A stretch of DNA of 64,000 nt. It comes from an uncultured cyanobacterium. Its GTDB lineage: Bacteria > Cyanobacteriota > Cyanobacteriia > Cyanobacteriales > Cyanobacteriaceae. Made by a program: the position numbers and the translations under genes. The DNA is taken from NCBI GenBank assembly GCA_963710605.1, contig CAVQBA010000001.1, positions 64,001-128,000 on the forward strand, read 5' to 3'. Positions 31,627-43,731 of this stretch are shown one piece after another. The notes under the pieces were generated by a model, which was not told where the DNA came from, ran no database searches, and saw only the letters and a list, made by a program, of their open reading frames with translations. Within the stretch, counting starts at the first letter, position 1. Each line of letters starts with the position of its first letter.

Positions 31627-32238
31627 TCAAGAAACTATTTTTTTAAATTCAACTAAACGATTATCTAAATATTCTACAAGCTTTTGTGATGTCGAAATCA
31701 TTGGTTTCACTTTTTGATTAAAAATAAGATTCGATTTTACTTTTTTAATCGTATTATAATCAACTAGATAATCACCATCCAAATCTTCTAAATCTAATTC
31801 ATCCATGAATAAACTAACACCAATTTTTTTAGAGTATTGAAGAACTCTTTTTTTATCTTTATTACTAAATTTTTCTTGTTTAATAAATAAATCTATAGCA
31901 TTAATTCTCAGATATTTACAAAGAAAATGAATATCACTATAACCAATATTAAAAATTTCGATCGTGAATGGGTTCGATTGAGGATTTAAACTAGACATTA
32001 CTTCAATCCAATCATACACAGAAAAATGTTGCCAAAGATAGGGTGTTGACAAAATAAACTCTAGTATTTCGGAAACAGAAAACTTGTTTTGCGAAGATAA
32101 ATAAGCTAATATTTGACTAAATTCGTACTTTTGTAATTCTTCTGAAAACTGATTATAGTAATCTAAACCAAAATTACCATTTTTATTACCACCACAATCA
32201 ACTATACGATCGAGCAAATGAATCATATTTTCTGACAT
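31627..32238 (-). CDS. Hypothetical protein
   Basis: 203-aa ATG-started ORF, very AT-rich, no recognised motif. Confidence 0.55.
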   Translation of the reverse strand: MSENMIHLLDRIVDCGGNKNGNFGLDYYNQFSEELQKYEFSQILAYLSSQNKFSVSEILEFILSTPYLWQHFSVYDWIEVMSSLNPQSNPFTIEIFNIGYSDIHFLCKYLRINAIDLFIKQEKFSNKDKKRVLQYSKKIGVSLFMDELDLEDLDGDYLVDYNTIKKVKSNLIFNQKVKPMISTSQKLVEYLDNRLVEFKKIVS

Positions 32239-32558
32239 AATATTTATCTAAAATTATTAACAAAAATAAACCGCTCGATAAGTTAATAAATAAGCATATA
32301 ATAAAAACATAAATCTTGCTAATCTTTCAATTGAAAAAATTAGTTAGATTAGTAATGCGATCTAGGTAAGTAAAACAAAACGATCGTCAGTACTGTTTAT
32401 TGTTTTATTCAATTCCTCGAAGAATAGTTTTCTGTCTTTTTCTTTGTTGAATTTAGTATAAGTTTTATTTAAATCAAATATTATCTATTTTCATTATTAA
32501 CGATTTCAAAGACTAAAGTCCTGACTACAAGATATTACGATCGTACACATCAAAAAGA

Positions 32559-35500
32559 TTAAGTTTGCACAGACTCTAACCATTTTTCAGCTTTAGAATA
32601 ATTATCTTGTTGTACTTGTTTAATCGCTTTTTGGTAATTTAAAGTTACACCCCAAACATCACTATTAAAACGTTTTTCTCGTTTCATGTTATCAAAAAAG
32701 TCAACCGCTTCAAGGTGAGACATTTTTCCTTGAGATTTAGCGATCGCAAACATCGTGTCAAAAACATTATCCGCCATTTTTGCATCTCCACAAACATAAT
32801 AATGACATTGAGGATTACTTAAAATTTTCCATACCTGTGCCGGTTTTTTTTCCATTAAATGTTGCACATAAGCCTTTTGTTTTTTCAGACGAGAAAAAGC
32901 GACAGCAATATAAGTCAGTACTCCTGTTTTTCGCCATTGTTTTAAATGTTCTCGGTAAATAAAATCATCATGGTTACGACAACCAAAATACAAATGAGCT
33001 TCACCTAATGTTTGTCTTTGTTCGAGCAACGCCTGACGGTACTCCATAAAGGCAATTAAAGGAGATATACCAGTACCAGGTCCCACCATCAAAATAGGTG
33101 CGTGAGGGTCTTCTGGGGGGCGGAAACTCGATGTATTAACCCCAATTCTTGCGGTTTGCTGAGGTTCAAGATTCGCTAGATAGTTAGAACACAATCCTTG
33201 TCTTATCTTACCTGCATCGGTTTTAATTTGTAGTACTCCAACTGTAATTTGAATTTTATCAGGATGAAGTAAGTTAGAGGAAGAAATCGAATATAGACGG
33301 GGTTTTTGCTGAGGTAAAATTTCTAGTAAAGAGCCTAAATCGATCGTTGCTGAGGGAAATTGATCGAATAAATCAACTACCGTCATAAATTTATCGATCA
33401 AACTTTTAGTTAAATTTTTACTATCTTCATCCGCATTAGCTTGAGTGATAATTTCGAGCCATGTTGTGAGAGTATTTTTTTCTTGAGGATTAGTAACTAC
33501 TGAGTTAAGATAAGTCAATAACTCTTCTAATGGTTCACGCAAAGACAAATCTAATTCTTCTGTTAATACTTGTCTTACAGTTGTTGGTAGTTGAATCGGT
33601 AATTCATCTTCTAGTTTTGTACCATCACTAGTCACATAACTAGCGGTAAAATAAGCCTCAGGATTAAGATCGAGTTTTGTACATAAACGATCGACAATTT
33701 CGCTAGAATTACAAGGAAGAATTGATAAATGATCGCCTGTTTCGTAGTTAAGCTCAGTCTTACTAATATCAAAAGCTATGTAACGAGTCGATCGACTTCC
33801 TGCAACTACTTTGCCTAAAAGTTCTTTGTTGGCGACTAGAGGCACTCTCACACCTTTATCTGAATCAATAGCTAAAGTTTCAGTAGTAAGATTATCTAAA
33901 AAAGTAACTTCTAGTTTAGGTGCATTTATACTAGTAGCTGAAGAATTTAAATCATCTCCTAAGACACGAGAAATCAAACCTAACCATTGTTTGAAAGTAT
34001 TGGCTTGCCCTTTAATTTCATCGGCTTTGTGTAAAGGTACAATCGAATTTGCTCCTGCTTTTCTTAATCCTTTATCGATCGAGATTCCTGCCGCACAAAA
34101 ATGCTCATAAACCGTACTCCCAATCCCTAACACTGCATAATTAAGCTGACTAAGAGAATTAGTTTTTTGTTGTTGATTAAGCCATTGAAGAAACTTTCTG
34201 CCGTTACTAGGTATCGAGCCATTGCCAAAGGTAGAGGTAATCACTAATAATAGTTTTTCTTGACTTATTTTACCAATATCATATTCATCCAACGCCATTA
34301 CTTGGGTATTATGTTGTTGGAGTTGACGGGAACTTTTACGAGCAAAACCTTCTGCTGTCCCTGTTTCGGAGGCATAAAGAATCAAAATACGATCGTTTTG
34401 ATCGTCGTCTTCTTGCTTGATGGTGATAAACTGTTCTAAATCAATATCTTTTTCAACTGCCCAACGATCGGCACCATGATGATAAGCTGGATCTAGATAA
34501 AAGTCACGCATTTGATGATGCCATACAGGGCAAGTACTACCACCAGATGGAGGCACAACCCAACCATAATCAGCAGGGCATTCTCTACCAGATTTTTTTT
34601 CTCTTAAATCATGGCTTAAAAATTGTCTGGATGCGGACTGATGATCGACCATTGAGACTTTAGCTTTTTGAAATGAATGCAAGATAGCGACATTGGTTTC
34701 TAAGGCAACTCTATCTCTCCATAAGGTAGATTCAGCACTAGTATCAAGATTTAATAACTTAGCAACATCATCCATTCTGTCATAACGCCAATCTTCTAAA
34801 AAATCACGGCTAAGTTCGGTTTCCATATACCAACCATTAAAAGGCAGACAGCCATAAGTTATCCCACCAATATCCATACGGAAGTTACTAATAGCAGGTA
34901 TGGCATACCAACGTAAATCGAGAGATTCAAATTCGGGGATAGATGGGTGGGTAATTGGTACTTCTAAAACATCTTCTTTATTCCATTCGTAGATTTGGGG
35001 TTTTTTACCCGGTATTTCGATTACTAAAGGTAAAATATCATAATGACTTTTCTGGGCTGGTGGTTGCCACCCTAATTCGATAATTGCCTCGGTGAGATCT
35101 AAATTAGCACGATCGCCTAATACGCTACCATCAGGTTGTGGATAAGCCGCATAACGAATTAGCTGAGAATTCCAAATTCTTGGTCCCCATCTTTCTTTCG
35201 GTAATTTAGGACGAAATACGCTCATCACAATTTGAATATTACCGCCATTAGTAGCTAAACGTAAATGTTCTTCTAATTGCTTAAACATCTCATCAGGCTC
35301 GGTTACCTGACGGCAATCTCGAACTATCATATTACTCCACTGTATCCGTGCAATACATTTAGAAGCATTACGCCAAGATAGTTGAGCACCATAAGCTAAT
35401 TCTTCGTAGCTATGTGTATATGTACCCGTTGCTTGTACCTGTGACTCTATCTCTTGCCAACGTTGCAATCTAGCTTCTTGTGACCATCCTTGTTCTTGAG

Positions 35501-36962
35501 ATATTATATCTAAAAATCGACGTGCTTTTTTAAGTAACCTTTCTTCATTAATTTTAGGTAACTTCATTATATTGGTAACACGATCGAATAAAGTTTGCCA
35601 TGCTTGTTTTAATTCAGGATTAAAATCAGGTACATATTTCTCAAACAAGACAAACATCGTATCGGAAATAGCAGGATAAGCAGAAGAAGGAACACCAACT
35701 TTACCATGTAATTGCCCTAGCATTCTTAATTCTCGTAACATAGCATCACTACTACCTGCTTTGAGACAACGAACTAAAAACTCAAGAGATTCAAATAAAT
35801 GTAGAGAAAGATAATCCATATCCGCTCGACCAAAAATTGGTAAAACAGAGGGATATTTATGGAATAAAATTTGATAAAACTCCATTCCCATTTCATGTTT
35901 ACGATTGCTAAATACTGTCCAAGAATCAGCCATTTTCAAAAGCATTTCAGAAGATAGTGCTAATTGATAACGATCGATCGCTTCTACCATTGGTAAAATA
36001 ACATGGGTATTAAAAAACTTATCTAAAGCTGAATCGCTACCTAAACTTAAATTTTCACGATCGTATTCTTCTAAATAAGGAATAGAAGGCAACATCCACA
36101 TCCAAACTTGTCTTGCTTTCAACCAATGTTTAGGTTGCATACCAATATCGGCAAACAAAGCCCCATATTCTTCAACTGAATTTAATCCATCTCCTTTTTC
36201 TGGAGGTACACCCATCATCGGCTCATTAATTACGTTTTGGGTTTGGGGTGTTAGTTGACGCACACAACAATCAAACAAATCAAAAAAGTAATCGCCTATA
36301 CTGTCAATTGCTTCATCAAACAAATATTCTAATTCAGGCTCTTCTAATAATAACCGTTTGAAAAACTGCTCCATTTCTAACTCTTTCCAAGCTCGTAATT
36401 TATTCCAAACGTCTTTGACGATTACTACTTCTGGAGGCGAAAGTGTGGTAGCTGTCGGAAGTTCGATCGGTGTTTCGTCTTCACTTTGTTTCGTTGAATT
36501 TTTTCTTTTTTGCTGATGATAACGATCGTCTTTTGTACTAGTAAGAATATTTAGTTTGTTATTATTAAGACTAGTCTGGCTTGAATTAACATTTACGCCT
36601 ATTTTCAATTCAGGTGCTACATCCCAACTAGAAATGGCGAATTCTAATTCTTTAAATTTATCTTCATTTAATACTTCTTGCGTCGCAAACTCGACTGTTT
36701 CTAAATCTTGCCAAGGATTAGTAATATCTCCAGTACGATAACTAATCTTTACTTTGACGTAGCAGTCTCCTTTATACTTAATATCAATTAACCAGTTAGG
36801 TTGTAATCTAGTTAATAATGACTTTTGTAATTTTGTTTGTCCATCATCATCAGAATGTAGAGTTACAGAACATCTATATCTATAATCAGCGGCTTGAGGA
36901 AAGTTATTAGCTTTGATTTCGGTAATCTGAATAGTTCTGACAGTAGTAGCAATAGCAGACAT
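32559..36962 (-). CDS. nos: Nitric oxide synthase with globin, oxygenase and flavodoxin/FAD-NADPH reductase domains
   Basis: [13 protein letters not shown] heme-thiolate motif, [21 protein letters not shown] (FMN), [34 protein letters not shown]; globin segment FYQILF...LGQLH. Confidence 0.95.
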   Translation of the reverse strand: MSAIATTVRTIQITEIKANNFPQAADYRYRCSVTLHSDDDGQTKLQKSLLTRLQPNWLIDIKYKGDCYVKVKISYRTGDITNPWQDLETVEFATQEVLNEDKFKELEFAISSWDVAPELKIGVNVNSSQTSLNNNKLNILTSTKDDRYHQQKRKNSTKQSEDETPIELPTATTLSPPEVVIVKDVWNKLRAWKELEMEQFFKRLLLEEPELEYLFDEAIDSIGDYFFDLFDCCVRQLTPQTQNVINEPMMGVPPEKGDGLNSVEEYGALFADIGMQPKHWLKARQVWMWMLPSIPYLEEYDRENLSLGSDSALDKFFNTHVILPMVEAIDRYQLALSSEMLLKMADSWTVFSNRKHEMGMEFYQILFHKYPSVLPIFGRADMDYLSLHLFESLEFLVRCLKAGSSDAMLRELRMLGQLHGKVGVPSSAYPAISDTMFVLFEKYVPDFNPELKQAWQTLFDRVTNIMKLPKINEERLLKKARRFLDIISQEQGWSQEARLQRWQEIESQVQATGTYTHSYEELAYGAQLSWRNASKCIARIQWSNMIVRDCRQVTEPDEMFKQLEEHLRLATNGGNIQIVMSVFRPKLPKERWGPRIWNSQLIRYAAYPQPDGSVLGDRANLDLTEAIIELGWQPPAQKSHYDILPLVIEIPGKKPQIYEWNKEDVLEVPITHPSIPEFESLDLRWYAIPAISNFRMDIGGITYGCLPFNGWYMETELSRDFLEDWRYDRMDDVAKLLNLDTSAESTLWRDRVALETNVAILHSFQKAKVSMVDHQSASRQFLSHDLREKKSGRECPADYGWVVPPSGGSTCPVWHHQMRDFYLDPAYHHGADRWAVEKDIDLEQFITIKQEDDDQNDRILILYASETGTAEGFARKSSRQLQQHNTQVMALDEYDIGKISQEKLLLVITSTFGNGSIPSNGRKFLQWLNQQQKTNSLSQLNYAVLGIGSTVYEHFCAAGISIDKGLRKAGANSIVPLHKADEIKGQANTFKQWLGLISRVLGDDLNSSATSINAPKLEVTFLDNLTTETLAIDSDKGVRVPLVANKELLGKVVAGSRSTRYIAFDISKTELNYETGDHLSILPCNSSEIVDRLCTKLDLNPEAYFTASYVTSDGTKLEDELPIQLPTTVRQVLTEELDLSLREPLEELLTYLNSVVTNPQEKNTLTTWLEIITQANADEDSKNLTKSLIDKFMTVVDLFDQFPSATIDLGSLLEILPQQKPRLYSISSSNLLHPDKIQITVGVLQIKTDAGKIRQGLCSNYLANLEPQQTARIGVNTSSFRPPEDPHAPILMVGPGTGISPLIAFMEYRQALLEQRQTLGEAHLYFGCRNHDDFIYREHLKQWRKTGVLTYIAVAFSRLKKQKAYVQHLMEKKPAQVWKILSNPQCHYYVCGDAKMADNVFDTMFAIAKSQGKMSHLEAVDFFDNMKREKRFNSDVWGVTLNYQKAIKQVQQDNYSKAEKWLESVQT

Positions 36963-37114
36963 ATATTGTTATCTAGTAGTTTTGTTTTGATTAAAGTCCT
37001 GATGTTTTGATGCTTCAATAATTGTGTGAAATAAAACAGACTATCTGATTAATAATTATAGCTAAACAAAATTAATAATTGATCACGTAAATTATTGATA
37101 ATGTCAACAAAGGG

Positions 37115-37275
37115 CAATGAGTAAGAAGTAAGAAGTAAGGAGTAAGAAGTAAGGAGTAAAAAGTAAAAAGTGAAAAGTAAAAAGTGAAAAGTAAATAAAT
37201 TTACTCTAGCTAATAGTTAACAGCTAAAAGCCAATAGCTAAAACCTAACTCTTAACTCTTAACTCTTAACTCTTT
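37115..37275. repeat. STRR heptamer tandem repeats
   Basis: (AGTAAGA/AGTAAAA)n and (TAACTCT)n. Confidence 0.85.
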
Positions 37276-37297
37276 TAACCTTTTCTCTATCTGTTCA

Positions 37298-38420
37298 CTA
37301 TTCACTGTGTTGAAGATACTTACGACTAATTTTAACAATCCTCGCTGAAGCTTTACCATCACCAAAAGGATTAATCGCCTCCGCCATTTGCTCATAACTA
37401 TTTTGATTACTTAACAATTCACTAGCTGAAGAGAGTATTTTGGCTGAACTTGTCCCAATTAGTTTAGCTGTACCTGCTGTGACAGCTTCTGGTCTTTCTG
37501 TAGTCTCTCGTAATACTAAAACAGGTTTACCTAAACTAGGCGCTTCTTCTTGCAACCCTCCTGAATCGGTGAGTAAGAGATAACTTCTTTGGATTGCTCC
37601 GACTAATTCTTGATAGTCTAAAGGTTCGGTTAAAAAGACTCGATCATGATTACCCAGATTTTGTTGTAAAGGCTCTCTAACGATCGGATTACGGTGTAAA
37701 GGAAGTAAAATCGCTACATCAGGAAAACTAGTCTAAAATTGATTGTAAGGCTTTGATAATATCTTGTAAAGGTTCACCCCAATTTTCTCGACGATGTACT
37801 GTAACCAGTAAAACACGGTATTTTTGCCAATCCAAACCTGTCACATCACAAGCAGGATTTTGATCAGCAACTGAAAGTAAAGCATCAATAACCGTATTAC
37901 CTGTTTGATGAATCTCTCCTGTGACATCAGAATTTTTGAGGTTTTCTACCGCTAAAGTTGTCGGGGCAAAATTAAGTTGAGCAATCTGTGAAATCAAACG
38001 ACGATTAGCTTCTTCAGGAAAGGGATTATAAATATTATTTGTTCTTAAACCAGCCTCAACGTGTCCGATCGGTATTTGTTGATAAAATGCAGTCAAAGCG
38101 GCGGCAAATGCTGTAGTGGTGTCACCTTGAGCAATAACTAATTGAGGGTTTATTTGCTCGTATAGTTTTCCTAACCCTTGTAAGCTACGACAAGTAATAT
38201 CATTTAAAGTCTGTTTTGGTTGCATAATATCTAAATCAAAAGTAGCAGTTAAGCCAAATAAATCCATGACCTGAGCTACCATTTCTCGGTGTTGTCCTGT
38301 CAAAATGACCTTGGTATCAAAATCATCATTTTCTTGAAAAGATTTGATTACAGGTGCGAGTTTGATGGCTTCTGGACGTGTTCCGAGGGTGATACAAATA
38401 GTTTTTTGATTGACAACCAT
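37298..38420 (-). pseudogene. wecB: UDP-N-acetylglucosamine 2-epimerase split by a +1 frameshift near 37729
   Basis: GTRPEAIK, GHVEAGLR, HRREN in the first frame; FPDVAILLPLHRNP...DSGGLQEEAP continues after one extra base. Confidence 0.9.
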
Positions 38421-38599
38421 AAAGATTTTATTCGATCGAAGAGCTTAATTTAAAGATATTAGTTGTTAATTGTTCATGGTTAATCGCTGATTGTCAACTG
38501 TTGGACAAGTTATATCTTCTAGAGGAGTAAATATAATTATAAGTTATGGTAAAATCATTAACAACAATTTATGTTCTAAATAAATTTAGGAGTAGTTAA

Positions 38600-39082
38600 T
38601 TGTCTAAAATTCGTAATTCTCAATTACCCCCTAATAGATCAATCGAATTAGATGATAGTCTTCATGCCACCACCGAAAAATGGTTTGAATACCCTATAGT
38701 TGTCCATCCTCATCATACTGATTATGCGGGTATTGTTTGGCATGGCACTTATCTTAATTGGATGGAGGAAGCGAGAATTGAATGTTTACGCTCTTTAGGA
38801 TTAGAGTACAATAATTTTGTTAATTTGGGTTATGAGTTACCTGTCATCGAGATTAATTTACGTTATCATCAATCTCTAAAAATGGGTGAACAAGCGATCG
38901 TTAAAACTAGACTTAACGATATCACAGGAGTTAGAATACATTGGGATTATCAAATCACTAATTGGCGAGGCTCGACAGTTTATGTTAGTGGAAGGGTAAC
39001 ATTAGTAGGTATCGATCGAAACAAAGGTAAAATTATGCGACGATTACCCCCAGTATTAAAAGAAGCCCTTGTAAAATTGTAA
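38600..39082 (+). CDS. Acyl-CoA thioesterase (YbgC/4HBT family)
   Basis: HTDYAGIVWHGTYLNWMEEAR. Confidence 0.88.
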   Translation: MSKIRNSQLPPNRSIELDDSLHATTEKWFEYPIVVHPHHTDYAGIVWHGTYLNWMEEARIECLRSLGLEYNNFVNLGYELPVIEINLRYHQSLKMGEQAIVKTRLNDITGVRIHWDYQITNWRGSTVYVSGRVTLVGIDRNKGKIMRRLPPVLKEALVKL

Positions 39083-39136
39083 GTAAAGATATAGATATAG
39101 ACAAACAATCATTATCCTTAGTTAGGGTTAGTAGTT

Positions 39137-39433
39137 ATGAGTGATGAACAAAAAAATAATAATTTCGTAGTTGGTTTGGTTATTGGTAGTAGTATAAGTA
39201 CGATCGCAACTTTAGTTTTTCATCCTCGTAGTGGTGAACAAACACGCAAAATTTTAACTAAAACAGCTCAAGCTTTACCCAGTATGGCTGAAGATATTTC
39301 TTCGTCTTTAAATACTCATACAAATAAATTATCTTTTCTTTCTGGGCAAAAATGGCAACGTACTTTGCATCGTTTTCAAGTAGCTGTAGAAGCAGGAAAA
39401 CAAGCAACTCAAGCTAAGTCTAAACGATCGTGA
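39137..39433 (+). CDS. YtxH-like protein
   Basis: FVVGLVIG...PRSGEQTRK. Confidence 0.75.
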   Translation: MSDEQKNNNFVVGLVIGSSISTIATLVFHPRSGEQTRKILTKTAQALPSMAEDISSSLNTHTNKLSFLSGQKWQRTLHRFQVAVEAGKQATQAKSKRS

Positions 39434-39721
39434 ACTTCAATTGTTATTATATTTTAGATCTGATTTGATGTATAGTAATCATCAACTGATTGAAGATAAC
39501 AATTAAATATTAATACTATTAGTAATTAAAATTAAAAATAGTGTTAGGCGATCGTATATTAGAAATTAAATATTATCAGAAAGCTAAAAAAAGTAGAGTA
39601 TTTAATCTTGTAACTAAACTTGCTAGGACTGAATTCTTAATTATCATTGCTTAAATATTGATATTATAGAAAAACTCATGACAGATTATTTATTGTTCAC
39701 AACTGGTTGACAACATAACGT

Positions 39722-40093
39722 ATGGAAAACCCTTTATTTTGGTTAGGATTATCCCTCGGTTTAGTTGCCATGAGTTTGACGGCGGTTTTAATTGCTTTTA
39801 TTCCCTTGGCACAAGAATTAATCCAGACTGCACGTAGTGCCGACAAATTATTAAATACTCTTAATCAAGAATTACCTACTACTCTAGAAGCCTTGAGAAT
39901 GACTAATTCAGAATTAGCCGAATTAACCGAGGAAGTCAAAGGAGGGGTTAAAAGTGCTACAGGTACAGTTAAAAGTATTGATAAGGGTATTGTAACAGCA
40001 AAAAAACAAGCTCAAAATGTCAATGAGAAAAGTCGTAGTCTTTGGGCAGGAGTCAAAGCAGGTATTCGTACATGGCAAACTTATGATGAGTAA
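39722..40093 (+). CDS. DUF948-like membrane-anchored coiled-coil protein
   Basis: PLFWLGLS helix; ARSADKLLNTLNQELPTTLEALR. Confidence 0.7.
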   Translation: MENPLFWLGLSLGLVAMSLTAVLIAFIPLAQELIQTARSADKLLNTLNQELPTTLEALRMTNSELAELTEEVKGGVKSATGTVKSIDKGIVTAKKQAQNVNEKSRSLWAGVKAGIRTWQTYDE

Positions 40094-40124
40094 CCAAAAG
40101 AAAATATCAATTTTATTAATCAGA

Positions 40125-40362
40125 CGAAACAACGTTATCACCTACTCTTTAGTCTCTTCTCCCAGTGGAATTATCCTCGATTCTACCACAGGTCAATTAA
40201 TCTGGACACCTAATAGCTAACAATCACGAATAAAAGAAATTATTTTCAAAGCCATAGATAGTAAAGAAGGAGAAACGATTCAAATCAAACTATTACCGTT
40301 GATGTAATTGAATCTCAACCTAACCAAAATCTTCAATTTACTTCCTATCCTCGTACTAGTTG
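40125..40362 (+). pseudogene. Remnant of a putative Ig/cadherin-like (He_PIG) repeat
   Basis: ITYSLVSSPSGIILDSTTGQLIWTP*...KAIDSKEG...NQNLQFTSYP with stop and frameshift. Confidence 0.55.
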
Positions 40363-40478
40363 TCCTTATTGGTCATAACTATTTAGTATTAAAGTATTAA
40401 AAAACGATCGTCTTGAATCTAAATTTTGAAAATTGTGTTTTTATGCCTAGATTTTATACGACAATATATTCTGCCAAC

Positions 40479-40506
40479 AAAAAACACCCCCTGTTGCCAG
40501 AGAGTG
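40479..40506 (-). terminator. Intrinsic terminator of psbA
   Basis: Minus strand CACTCTCTG-GCAA-CAGGGGGTG followed by T6. Confidence 0.75.
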
Positions 40507-40564
40507 ATTTTTGAGATTTCTATTTAATTGTTATTTCAATTTAAATCACAAATCATTTTTTTGA

Positions 40565-41635
40565 TTAGCTGTTGATTACAGGTGCTGTTACGACATCTGC
40601 TGACGCTAAATCTAAGGGGAAGTTATGTGCATTACGTTCGTGCATGACTTCGATACCGATGTTGGCACGGTTTAATACGTCTGCCCATGTTCCGATTACG
40701 TGACCTTGGCTATCTAAGATTGATTGGTTAAAGTTAAAACCGTTCAAGTTGAATGCCATGGTGCTGACTCCCATTGCTGTGAACCAAATACCAATTACAG
40801 GCCATGCTCCTAAGAAGAAGTGTAAGGCACGTGAATTGTTAAATGATGCATATTGGAAGATTAAACGACCAAAGTAACCATGTGCGGCTACGATGTTGTA
40901 GGTTTCTTCTTCTTGACCGAATTTGTAACCGTAGTTTTGTGATTCGGTTTCAGTTGTTTCACGAACTAATGAAGAAGTTACTAAGCTTCCGTGCATTGCG
41001 GAGAATAAAGAGCCACCGAAGACACCGGCTACACCTAACATATGAAATGGGTGCATTAAGATGTTATGCTCTGCTTGGAATACGAACATAAAGTTGAATG
41101 TTCCACTAATTCCTAAAGGCATACCATCAGAAAAACTACCTTGACCAATTGGGTAGATTAAGAATACTGCTGTTGCCGCAGATACAGGTGCAGAATATGC
41201 TACACAGATCCAAGGACGCATTCCTAAACGGTAGGATAATTCCCACTGACGACCCATATAACAGAAGATTCCGATTAAGAAATGGAATACTACTAATTGG
41301 TAAGGACCACCATTGTATAACCATTCGTCTAATGATGCTGCTTCCCAGATTGGGTAAAAGTGAAGACCAATAGCGTTAGAACTAGGGACAACTGCACCAG
41401 AAATGATGTTGTTGCCGTAAAGTAATGAACCGGCTACTGGCTCACGAATACCGTCAATATCTACAGGAGGCGCTGCAATAAAAGCGATAATGAAACAAGT
41501 GGTTGCAGTTAATAGACAAGGGATCATCAAAGTACCGAACCAACCGACATATAGACGGTTATTGGTTGATGTGATCCACTGACAAAACTGTTCCCAAGCA
41601 GATGACTGCTGTTGTTGTTGTAAAGTGGTTGTCAT
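40565..41635 (-). CDS. psbA: Photosystem II D1 protein (Q130 form, 356 aa)
   Basis: Canonical D1 sequence incl. [25 protein letters not shown]. Confidence 0.99.
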   Translation of the reverse strand: MTTTLQQQQQSSAWEQFCQWITSTNNRLYVGWFGTLMIPCLLTATTCFIIAFIAAPPVDIDGIREPVAGSLLYGNNIISGAVVPSSNAIGLHFYPIWEAASLDEWLYNGGPYQLVVFHFLIGIFCYMGRQWELSYRLGMRPWICVAYSAPVSAATAVFLIYPIGQGSFSDGMPLGISGTFNFMFVFQAEHNILMHPFHMLGVAGVFGGSLFSAMHGSLVTSSLVRETTETESQNYGYKFGQEEETYNIVAAHGYFGRLIFQYASFNNSRALHFFLGAWPVIGIWFTAMGVSTMAFNLNGFNFNQSILDSQGHVIGTWADVLNRANIGIEVMHERNAHNFPLDLASADVVTAPVINS

Positions 41636-41757
41636 GTTTGTTATGATTGCGATTAAATTTTCAAGGTACGATCTTATCTGTGCTTCAAGTGAGCGAGATA
41701 AGTGACATCAGTTAAGCGGATAAATAAATAATTGCTTTGTTTGATGTGTATATACCT

Positions 41758-41786
41758 ATATTAACAGTAATATTAACTTTTGTAAA
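41758..41786 (-). promoter_or_regulatory. Sigma70-type psbA promoter
   Basis: TTTACA-17 nt-TAATAT on the minus strand upstream of psbA. Confidence 0.65.
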
Positions 41787-41910
41787 GGATTCTCAGTTTA
41801 TTGTTACTTATCTGAGTCATTAGGTTTACTTAATTTAGATACTAAGTAAATTTGTTAATTCTTCGATTTTTGTTCTTGAGTAACGATCGATCGTTAATAA
41901 GGTACTCCTA

Positions 41911-42046
41911 CTATAGCAATTTTCCCCATTATGAAGGACAAAAAGATCCCCCTTCGTAAGGGGGAAGATAAGCAGATGCTTCGCTTTTATGTCTGGGGAC
42001 TTGAAAATAATTAATGTACCTCATAATTATGGGAAACGCTATATAG
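41911..42046. mobile_element. Second copy of the TATAGC-ended MITE-like element
   Basis: CTATAGCAATT...CCCCCTTCGTAAGGGGGA...TGTACCTCATAA...AAACGCTATA matches the reverse complement of 7212-7320. Confidence 0.65.
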
Positions 42047-42330
42047 TTAAAACTACCAATTTTAAAAGATTACTGAAGAAGTGGCTTTGCCGAACGAAAG
42101 ATTGTTAAAATATCTAAAAATCTTATAGGGTAATATAGATCGAGTGTATCCATTGTCAAACTAAATATTATTGAAAAATAATTAGATATTCCTCGTAATT
42201 GTTAGCAAGAAAGTTGCAATGCTTGTTTTATTGCTTCAAAATTGTATTCTTTAAAAAAGTAAGTATCTCAAATCTTTTCACCATTTATTCCCTGTTCGCT
42301 ATTCTCTAACTCCTGTCAGAAATATAAATA

Positions 42331-42939
42331 ATGACTTCAAGACGTGAATTTTTAAGATTATTTACCATTTCTTTCACAGCGATCGCTTGTGGTAATAAAC
42401 CTGACTTTGTTTCACAACAAAATTTATCAGATGACTCTCTATGGTCAAAATTACAACAAACAGAGGAGCGAGCTTACGTTATCTTGTTTCGGCACGCTAT
42501 AGCACCTGGTACAGGAGATCCCTCTAACTTTAATCTTAATGATTGTTCAACTCAACGTAATTTATCCTCAGAAGGAAAAACCCAAGCAGTTCGTATGGGA
42601 TTAGCCTTTAAACGTCGTCAAATTCCTGTTAAGCGAATTTTATCTAGTCAATGGTGTCGGTGTTTGGATACGGCAACTCTGATGGATGTAGGAAGCGTAG
42701 AATCCTTTCCTCTTTTAAATTCATTTTTCAATAATACTAGTCGTTCTGAGCAACAAACAAGTCAATTACGAGAGTTTATACTCCAAGAAATCGATCGAGA
42801 CGGGGTGATAGTTATGGTTTCTCATCAAGTTAATATTACAGCGATCGCTAATATTTTTCCTAAATCTGGTGAAGGAGTAGTTTTGTCGATCGATCGAGAT
42901 AAGAACGAAATTGAAGTTTTAGGACGGGTATATCCTTGA
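42331..42939 (+). CDS. Exported histidine phosphatase family protein (Tat/lipoprotein signal)
   Basis: SRREFL twin-arginine motif, AIAC lipobox, FRHA, SSQWCRCLDTA, VSHQ. Confidence 0.85.
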   Translation: MTSRREFLRLFTISFTAIACGNKPDFVSQQNLSDDSLWSKLQQTEERAYVILFRHAIAPGTGDPSNFNLNDCSTQRNLSSEGKTQAVRMGLAFKRRQIPVKRILSSQWCRCLDTATLMDVGSVESFPLLNSFFNNTSRSEQQTSQLREFILQEIDRDGVIVMVSHQVNITAIANIFPKSGEGVVLSIDRDKNEIEVLGRVYP

Positions 42940-42945
42940 AAAGCA

Positions 42946-43731
42946 TTAAAATACGTCAGTAGATATAGAAAGCATTCCTTGTTTTAAAACTTGCAATTTA
43001 TCACCTAAAGATTGAGAATCCCGATTATCTAAGCTTTCAATCAATTTAGTCAACAATGAATTAAATTCAAGCAAAGTTTTATCTTCAAGAATCTTACTAA
43101 TATCTTGTCCCAGTAAATAGATACTCGCATCAAGAAAATTTACTATTTCATCAGTAAGTTCGTCTATCAATTCAGAATAAACACGCTCATCATCTTCATA
43201 TTTTGATAAAATAAATTCAATATCTTCTAAATCTTTATTTGTCCGATCGCCTCGATCGCCCCAAGCAAATACTTTTAGGACAACAAAAGCGGGGGTATCA
43301 ACGACTTTGATTTCTAACTCATTATCAATAGTAGTCGTTTTAGCAGAAGAAAGTGCTTCAGCAAAACCAGAAACATTCATCGAATTACCACTATCTGACC
43401 AAACTATTTTTTGATTCGGTTCGCCAATTTTACCAAAAGGAACGATATCAACTTCAATATTTGTCTTGATATGAATAAATTTGTGAGAATTCTTAGTCGA
43501 TCTAAATAGTGGATAATTACCAGTTGTTAAAGATAGGCGAAGTTGTTCGTATATTTGCCAACTATCGATCGATATTGCAATATCCCAATCCTTTGTTGCT
43601 CTTCCTTCACCAAATTTTCGATCGAATACTAAAAGCCTCGCTCCCGCACCGACTAAAATCATCGGCAAATTCAACGAACTTATTATCGTGACTAAATCAC
43701 TTAAAGCTTTTTTCTCTCTTGAGCCAAGCAT
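42946..43731 (-). CDS. Nucleotidyltransferase, AbiEii/type IV TA toxin-like
   Basis: LVGAGAR, RATKDWD, VDIVPFG, LKVFAW.DR..KDLED. Confidence 0.8.
   Translation of the reverse strand: MLGSREKKALSDLVTIISSLNLPMILVGAGARLLVFDRKFGEGRATKDWDIAISIDSWQIYEQLRLSLTTGNYPLFRSTKNSHKFIHIKTNIEVDIVPFGKIGEPNQKIVWSDSGNSMNVSGFAEALSSAKTTTIDNELEIKVVDTPAFVVLKVFAWGDRGDRTNKDLEDIEFILSKYEDDERVYSELIDELTDEIVNFLDASIYLLGQDISKILEDKTLLEFNSLLTKLIESLDNRDSQSLGDKLQVLKQGMLSISTDVF

Noticed and set aside
37079-37108. TTGATAATGTCAA palindrome upstream of nos as an FNR/CRP-type site
   Set aside because: One base short of the FNR spacing and in very AT-rich DNA; no clear NtcA box either.
37728-37730. Stop-codon readthrough of TAG in wecB
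   Set aside because: The downstream half is in a different frame (offset 172 nt), so it is a +1 indel, not an in-frame stop.
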